Part shown: piece by piece, positions 53,301-62,300 of the stretch
Layout: each line of letters opens with the position of its first letter
Numbering within the stretch: position 1 is the stretch's first letter
Assembly (NCBI GenBank): GCA_040954595.2
Contig: CM082587.2
Coordinates: 9,429,403-9,493,402 of the forward strand
Source of the DNA: Balanoglossus misakiensis
Taxonomy: Eukaryota; Animalia; Hemichordata
Reading direction: 5' to 3'
Length of the DNA stretch: 64,000 bases
Notes under the pieces: model-generated
Seen by the model: the letters and a program-made list of their open reading frames with translations, nothing else
The model's database searches: none
Told to the model about the DNA's origin: nothing
Position numbers and translations under genes: made by a program

Positions 53301-56300
53301 CAGCATAAGTCAACCACCGACACTGTGCATGCAGTTCTATGTATGGGCACTGATTGATTAGTGTGTTTACATTTGGTCAAGTGTTTCTGTACTTCATGTT
53401 AGCATATACTTTAAAGAAAATAAACGTGTTATGCCATTGTTTTCCCATCAAAAATACAACGCCTTTTATCTACAGAAATATTGACATCCTAAGGTCCGAT
53501 CACAAGGTTATTCACAAAATACCAGGATTTATGTCTGAGTACATCATATAGCAGATGTGTTGTCCGAGACACGCAGTGAAAAATGGCAGCATTTTATTTT
53601 AAAAAATGAGTCCTAATTAATGTTTACAACTTTTAGATCTCCTGCAAATATCTGAGACAACATTTATTAAAACGAGCTGGGGGAGGATGTGAGAAGCATG
53701 ATTCTTCTCTTTAATATGCAAACTGATTTAGCTGTTACATTATACTACTACTAGCCACTAGTCATTTCATAAAGATTCTCAATACTTTCTAATGTTTGCT
53801 TGCTTTGAGCGAGTTTCTGGTATTGAGATGAGTTTTGAATTCAGGGCTGAGCTTCTGGCTTCAGTGACTGTGAACCAAGCGACTAGTACATCTTGCAAAA
53901 TCTACAAACGCTCAGACTGTTTGTTGACATTGTCAAGAATGATTGACAAGAGCACAGTCCCTCCAAGGGCCTCACAATAGAGTTGATGCAACCAGAAGCC
54001 CTTAAGGTATACAAGTCTATGGGCCAACATGATCCCATGACTTACGCGCTTACACTTGCTGCGTTACATAGAGACACTCTGAACAAAATTGTTAGGGGCC
54101 CAATGGGCCCCTATTTGTATTGTTGAAATTTTTAGGAACCCAAGCCTTGCAGGCTTGCAGCTTTAATCTGTACATGTAATGTATTTATTTAAGCAATAAC
54201 CCCCGCCGCAGGCGGGTATACACAAGATTTGGGTACAATTCGAGACATATAGCACGAGCCGTCAGGCGAGTGCTATATGGAGCGTATTGTACCCAAATCA
54301 AGTGTATACCCGACTGAGGTGGGGGTTATTGCTATTATATTATATCAACAACTGTTTTTGTGGCATATCAGTGTCATTTTCTTACCGAAACGGTGTCAGA
54401 AAGAGAAATTACGATCGTGAACCAACATGGCGACGACAAATGTAAACACGAGCGGCCGGGATCAAGCATTCAACATGAAGCAGACGACAAAAAGTGACAA
54501 GACGGGCATCGCGCGTGGCAAAGTGACAAATATTTCCACAGAGCAGTTCCAAAATAAAATGTCCATTAATTCAACATTATATTATTTTGTTTTATTTATT
54601 TGGTTTAAACACGCGCGACTGTGGTTTAACCGCACATTTTGCTGCCGTATGCTAGTTCAGGGGCCCGTTTTACCACTGCTAGCCATGGTAAAACAGTATT
54701 TTACCATGACTGGATTCAGCTCTCGTCCAATCAGAATCATGGACAGTAGCATGATATAATATAATATGAAATAATGAAGCCCATAACCTTGGAGCAATTG
54801 ATAGATAGATAGACAGACAGTGGAACTAGTTGTGTCCCTGGCCCTAAATACCTAGAAATCATTGAAGCAAGTAATGCAATTGTCAATAAAACTTTTTGGT
54901 AATTAACAACACAGTGACCATAATTAAGCAAATTTGTTACAGAGATTGTATTAATCTATGATGGATACATGCACTAGTTCCTTGGTCTGAAGTTGCATTT
55001 GGACTTGTAGTTCCACGAGTTTTTCATTCTGTTTTTCCAGACAACTTTTTGCAACAGTACTTACATGTTGACATTGCTTCTCATTTGTAGCTAATTCAGC
55101 AATGCAATCTTCTATTGTAGCAATTAGATTCGCAGATCTCAGCCAATCGAGTTCCAATTTTGTCTGCTTCATGTTTAAAGCTCATCACAGGCGCTTGTGT
55201 TTACATTCATAGTCGCCATGTTGGTTTACGTTCGTAACTTCTTTTTCTGATGCTGTTTCGGTAAGGAAATGACACTGATATGCCACAAAAACAATTGTTG
55301 ATATAATATAATAGCAGTAACCCCCGCCACAGTCTGGTGTACACTCCATTTGGGAACAATTCGCTCCATATAGCACTGGCCTAACAGCTCTTGGTATATG
55401 TCTCGAATTGTACCCAAATCTCGCGTATACCCGCCTGCGGCGGGGGTTATTGCTTATTAAATAACTTATTCAAGTGTGAATCTCATAACTGAAATTAGGG
55501 CATTTAGTTACAGTCTGACGACGTTTATCCGAACTTGTTGGGCGGTAGGTAAATTGTTCGGAAAATTAATCGTTCGGATAATTGACCTCAACAATGCATG
55601 TCCCTCTGTAGGCTCTCATACCCCCCCCCCTACATGTTAGTGTCATACACATTCACACTGTCAATAAACACGCATGTAAAGTACAATGTAAGAGGTATTT
55701 TATTGCAAAAAATAAACTCTGGTTCATAAATAAGTTACAGTACAGACGGATTGAAATTGAAACTTTGAATCAAGTATTTGATAGAATTCCCGATGTGAAA
55801 ATAGACGCCCGTGACAAAACCAAAATGGCCACCAGTATTAAAACAAATCGTTAAGCACACAACATGATAAAAGCGGGAGGGTAAAAATGACACAGTAATT
55901 GGAGAGAATTTCTGCTGATTTGTAAAGTCTAACAAAAGATGATCACCTTCGGAGAAAGAAAGAATCCAGCGTGGCTTGCTTCGAATGGGCTTTGGGGTGT
56001 TGTTTTGCTACGGACATCGAAGCGTGTAGCTGTAAAATCTTCACACAGTCGCCGGAACCTTCACCTTCATACCACTTCATAAAAGTGTTCAAACTGCTGA
56101 TGGTTTCGGCAACAGTTGGAATGTCTCTGGCATCGCACTGACTTTCTTCTTCTCCATCTATGTCACGGACGGTTTCGCTGTTGCTGGACTTCGCGATCTC
56201 AATGAGTTTGTTGTCACTGAAGTCCTCTTCGACGATGTGGCTGTCACTCTTCACCCATTCATCTGCGTCGCTAACTTCCAGTTCATGGAAGACTTCATTA

Positions 56301-59300
56301 AGTGGGGTGGAGCTGTCAGTTTCGGCTTTGGGGCTGCTATTTCTGCTGCGATCACCAATTTTGAGACCTCTGTACCAACATTTGGCAATTGACTTTGATG
56401 AAACTGAATCCCACTCAGCGGAGATCATGAAAATCGCATTGTTCAAGTTCAACGCTTTGACAATTTCTTGGACTGGTGTGTTGTCGTTCTTTTCTTCTAG
56501 CAGTGTTCGGAGTAGATTTGGCCGATAATCTTTCTTCATGTTCTCGATGATTCCTTGATCTAACGGTTGACTTTTCGCGGTGGTATTCGGTGGTAGAAAC
56601 ATGCAGACGATGCCGCCGTCTGCAACGTTGTGCCGTGGTAGTGCGTTGTTGATGATGAGAACTGCTTTCAGGGGGAGGCTGCGACTGACAAGATGCGCAC
56701 AAACTCACATCACCTGATATCAATTAAGATCAAAGTTGGAGATCATAACTAGGTTTATTCTTGTATCCCTGCTGCATAGAGTTGTATGTTTGAGAATTAT
56801 TCTTACATCATTTGTGCATAGAGTAAAAGACCTTGTGTCCTTACTGCAGGGATTACCACCTCTACTGTAGAGCCACATTTTGCTTCAACCTGCTGCATTG
56901 ATACTGCTGCAGAGACATTCTCTGCAAGAACACCGCATTGTGTGACTGCATTAGCACCACCATACCTACACTGCAGAACTGCTGTAGAGTGCTGCAAAGC
57001 TGCTGCTTTGTTGGCATTTTTGTAAGGGAGCCTTTTAAGTGAGATAGCCTTCTATTTCAGATGTCTAGGTTTCATGGTCAACACTTTTGAACAGGACTCC
57101 CCAGTTATGGGACCCCTAGTACTGCATGAAACCCAGAAACTATCGTCAGTATGCAGTTGAAAAGATTGCTGCACAGGGTTTTGTTCATTTTGCCCTGACA
57201 TACTATTATTTTATGCGCTAATTTCTCAGACGTGTTCATTGCACATCAAAAATTTGCCTCAGCAGTGAGGACGACTTACGTAAGAAATTATGCAATGTGG
57301 TTTTAGGCTTGTAAGATCCTTTAGCTATATTGTATTTTTGTTTGTGTTACAGAACAAAGCAGCAGCAGTTCTGCAGAGAGTTCTGCTGGTCCATCTCCAG
57401 TTGATAACAGGTTAGTAACCACCTATTTTGTATCAAAGAAAAAGCGTGTACATGTATGTCTGATTGTTCTACCCTATAAGGGGGTTTTGTCAAAATCAAA
57501 AGGGGGGGGGGGGGGGGGGAAGGCTTGCTGGGAAGGTCCACGCCACATACTTTTACATCTGGAAGCGCCCTTTCATGCTGGGAAGCACCGATGCATTTTT
57601 TAAATTTATTTTTACATATTCATTAGTTCCATTACGTCTTGAATGACAATTTTGGGCCAGAAAACCTGGTTGCATAACCTTTCTTTATATTTATGTAGGC
57701 ACAGCCTCAGAAACGATGTCATGTGCATTTCAACACCAATCAAAGGCACCTAAATCGCCCATCCAAAGTACCCACAATTATATGTACAGTTCATGCTTTC
57801 AGGCCTATTGTCATTGTCAAATTATATTCCACATTGATATCCTTCAATAATTGCTCAATTTATTGATCCAAAGGGGATTTATCTAATATAACCAAAGTAT
57901 AAATCTACATGCATTTTTATCTCTGTCTCTAGGTTATCAATGCATTCTTTCCAACAACAAGAGAACTGATTGCTTGCCATTTATTCAGCAAGTTTATTTA
58001 CAAAAATGATCCAATGATGAACAAGTTTTTCTTATTTTTCTCCAACTGCTGCATGTTGACCCCTGACCATGTTGACCACATCCATGGTTATGCCATCATC
58101 ATGACCGACTTCATCATAATGTGTGCCGTGATGTATTACCAGTGGAGAAAGTAACGTTATAAATGCTCATGCAACCTTTCTGAATGTTAATGTTTCTGAC
58201 ATGCTTCAACCTCCATCAACATATCAACAATTTCAACGCAACAGAGACAAGGTAAGCCATCACATTAATTTCACAACAGAGCATAGACTTTCTCATGTTG
58301 GATTATTTTCAAGTCCCATTTGGTTATGTATATATACCATGGGACCTTATGGAATTGGTTGCATCTGTTTGTATGTCTGTATTGATGGATGGATGGATGG
58401 ACGGACAGATGGATCAAAAACTTGAAAACCGCTGCATGTATAACCTTGACTTTTGGTGTGCAAATGCATTACGGGCTGAAGATGGGTCTTTGTTCAAAAA
58501 TATGCAAATTAGCTGGGAAATTGTGCAAATGGTCAAAACTCAGAAACTCAACAACCACTGGCCATAATGATTTAAAAATGGGTGTGCATGTACCTTATGT
58601 TAACTTCACACAGTTCTTTATGTTTTTAGCTAATAGTATGATTTTTTCTATATTTTTATGCTTTTTTTACTCTTCCACATTTTGGGTAAAAAATCTACTT
58701 TTCTTGAATTGATCTGTCGTCTTCTTTGAAATATAGTATGAAGCTTCATATAGGTGATCTACATGAGTTCCAAAATTTGCATATTTGTAAGTTTGGAGCA
58801 ATTTTTGCCTTTTTTTGGTCAATTTATTTTCTCTAAAACCGCTTGTCAGATTGCTTCGACATTTGGTAGGCATGCTCCTTAGGGTACTCATGTAAGATTT
58901 GCATGTAAGTTTTTCAAATCAACTTGAAGAATTCAATAGTACTTATTGGGTGATTTTTGCCATTTTTGGTCAAAACTCTTTCTCAGAGCCCTCAATCCCC
59001 ATTGCTTTTGAAGGTTCCCGGGTGTGTTCTCATGATGATTAACAAGACCTATAATGATGAAAGTGTCAATTTTTTGTGGGGGCATAATCTTGTTTTTTAA
59101 GGCGTGTTTTCCAATTTTGATAAAAAATTGTATTTCTCAGAGAGTGTATGACTGATTACTTTAATTTGAGTTGTGAGTTAATGGGATGGGTATCTTTAGA
59201 ATTATATTGGAATCATATCAAAGGTAATTCGGAATTTTAAGGTCCCATTTGGTTTATGAATATACCATGGGACCTTATGGAATCAGTTGTGTCTATATGT

Positions 59301-62300
59301 ATGTCCGTCCACATCAAAAACTTCGAAAACCGCTGTGCGTATAACCTCAATATTTGGTGTATAGATGCATGCTGGGCTGTAGATGGGAGTTTGTTCAAAT
59401 GAAGTTGTCATTTCCAAAAATATGCAAATTAGCTGGGAAAATGTGTAATTGGTCAAAACTCAGAAACTCAACAACTACTGGTCAGATTGATTTGAAAATT
59501 GGTATGCATGTATCTTATGTCAACCTCATACAGTCCTGTACGTTTTGATTTAATATTATGAATTTTCCATTTTTAATGCGTTTTTTGTCTTTTTCCACAT
59601 TATTGATAAAACTTCATTTCTGAAAGTGATAGACTGACTTCTTCGAAATTTTGAAGCTTCCTATGTGTTGTCTGAGTTACCGCCGAAGCGCCTAGACATA
59701 TCCACGATGTCCCTTTCATAAGCATCAAGTTTTTCACGCAGATTATTGTAGACGGAGCACATGACATTTTTGTAAACAGCAAATGCTAGTATAAATTCCT
59801 GGATGGACAGGGCTCGGGTCAACCTGGAATCTTGGGGAGTTTTTAACGTGAACGCTTCGTCGCCCAAGATTACGTGGCGCTTCCCTTACGATTTTTTTTA
59901 TCCGGGTATCAATAGGCATGCAAGGTTGACATCCTTACCTGCCAAAATGTCCCGCCGGATTGAAGGAGAGACCAGTTCGATATGTGGCAGTTACATCGGC
60001 AGTTGCTCGGACGATGTACCGTGCTTTGAAAGTAGCTTGTTAAAACCCCCATCCGTATCCGGCGTGAGCTGGTCTTGACCTTGGACTTCTGCGTTCGCTG
60101 CCAGGGCCCCGGCGGCATGGGTAGCGACATGCTGATTTTGTGCGACAGTCAGTTTCGGTTGGTTTGTTCCTGGTGGAAGCAGGTGTTGCTCAACAATTCT
60201 CGTTAAGTTGATGACTGCTGTTTGCAGTTCGGCAACGACTCCGCCAACACTGACCCCGCGTTTTAGGTTGGTGCGGCAGCAATGGGTTGGTCGGGTCGCA
60301 GCTGTGCCGATGGAGCGGTCACTGCAGCTGTGTGCGTCCACGGCTGGTTCTCCTCTGCTGGACAGCCAGAGTGTCCGGACTCATGTTCCATCCTGACGTC
60401 CCTGCTTGTCCCATTTCTTAAGAAACCTGACGACTCAACTCTTCATATGGCTGACACACCAGCTAGTTAACCTCAGTCGCCAAACTTGGGCTGGTGTGAT
60501 CGCCGGGGCTCACCGCGTCCTGCGTCGCTGTACTTATTAGCTCAGTGCGGGAACGGGTCACCGGCCGCTCGTACAGGGCTACTCTGTTCCCTCGACCTCG
60601 ACCCCTGGGGACCTGGAACGGTGCTCGGCCTCCAGTCGATGATCCTTTACGACGGGCTGGCATAATGCGTTGAAAAGTTGAGTGAAACGAAACGAAGGAA
60701 TATGAAGAGAGAGAACAGCTGAGATGTCGCACTGACGCGGACAAAGACGCTAACTGAGGAGATTGTGTGAGCAATTAGAGGATAAGACAAAAGATATGCA
60801 AATGACTAGAAGGGGGGGGGGGCGCCAGGTGACGAGTGCAAAAGACGAGGGAAGGAAAGACAAAGGCAGAAGAGATAGGGAAGGCAAGGAGCCAGAAGGG
60901 GAAAGCGTTATACACTTACAAACTCCATCTGTGACATCACAGATTGTTATACTGCAGCTAATTACATATGCCCTTACTTGAAGTGACTTGGATCATTCAC
61001 CAGTTTGCTTTTCCAAAAAATACTTCAGTTGTATGACTCAGTACATCATCCTCAGAAATTGTTCAAACTGCTGACCTCAGAAAGTGCACCCACAGAATTC
61101 AAGTGAAGCATTTCCATATTTGGGAAAATGTTCAGTAATCTTGTGTTGTTCTCTAAATGTTAATGAAAAATTGCCCTAACAACACGAGACAGTGAACATA
61201 AAGATGTTGTAAACAATATTGAATCACATACTACGTTTAGCCTACTATAGCTTACTTTGATTTCATTCCAACAACAGGCACGTCGGCGTACTGCAACTTG
61301 TCAAGATTTGTTGTATGCAGCAAGTGGGCAAGATATCCCAAGTGGTTTTAGTCAACCAGTGCATTTACATGAAGTATCTGAAGTTAATCAATTGAATGAG
61401 AGTGAAATAAGCCAGGTTCCAGATCATCAGCTGATGCCACCGCCGCCACCACCACTGCCATTGCCACACCGAACACAATTACAAAATATTTTGCCAGCCA
61501 AGACTGACAGTGATAATGCAAGGTATGGTGCATTATTAGCAAATGATAGAAATGATTTATCCATATTATAATAATGATATCAATACCTTTATTTAACAGA
61601 TATATACGAGCTATTAAATCTAAGCAAGGAAATAGACACAGAATAAATGGGTAAAAAACAGCAAAGAGCAAAAAACTCCAACAAACTACATTTTGAGATT
61701 GTGTAGTCTTCTTATGTAAACAATGGTAATGTGGTGGTTACGAACAAGTTCCCCAGATCTCAATATGAGAATTCCCAGAGAATTGTTTGTTTCAAATGGG
61801 GTAGTACTTTTGTTGTAACTGTAAGACACTTTGCAACCACAAGCACCTATTATGTAGTAATTAAATGGGATAGTAAAATTTAAAAACTAAAAAAACAATT
61901 GACTGACTGAGTTCTATTTTGAGCACCCGTCTTAGTCCGAGCGCCTATAAAATATCTTTGAAGGATCACATTTATACATATTTCTTAGAATTACGTAAAA
62001 TTTGGGTAATTTTTGTTGTTGTCATCCACAGTTCATTTCATAACTCTGAAGAAGAAAAATGTAAATCAAGTGACACTGAAGACCAAGATTTGGTTAGGTC
62101 GAGGCGGGGAAGCTTCACAGTAACAAGGTCAAGCTCACTGTGAGTAAATATTATTTCTTCTGATGATCCCTTATATGAAAGTTGCCAGATTATGACACAC
62201 TTTTGTTTTCTTTGTGCCAAAATCTGGCTTCAAATCTTGTCTCAACCTGGCCCAACAATCTTGTTAATAAGGATTAAATGAACTTGTTTGAAGAATGCAA

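Noticed and set aside
54951-55172. 73-aa coiled-coil-like minus-strand ORF as a nested gene
   Set aside because: No splice context or homology recognised; lies between repeat copies and is probably a TE remnant.
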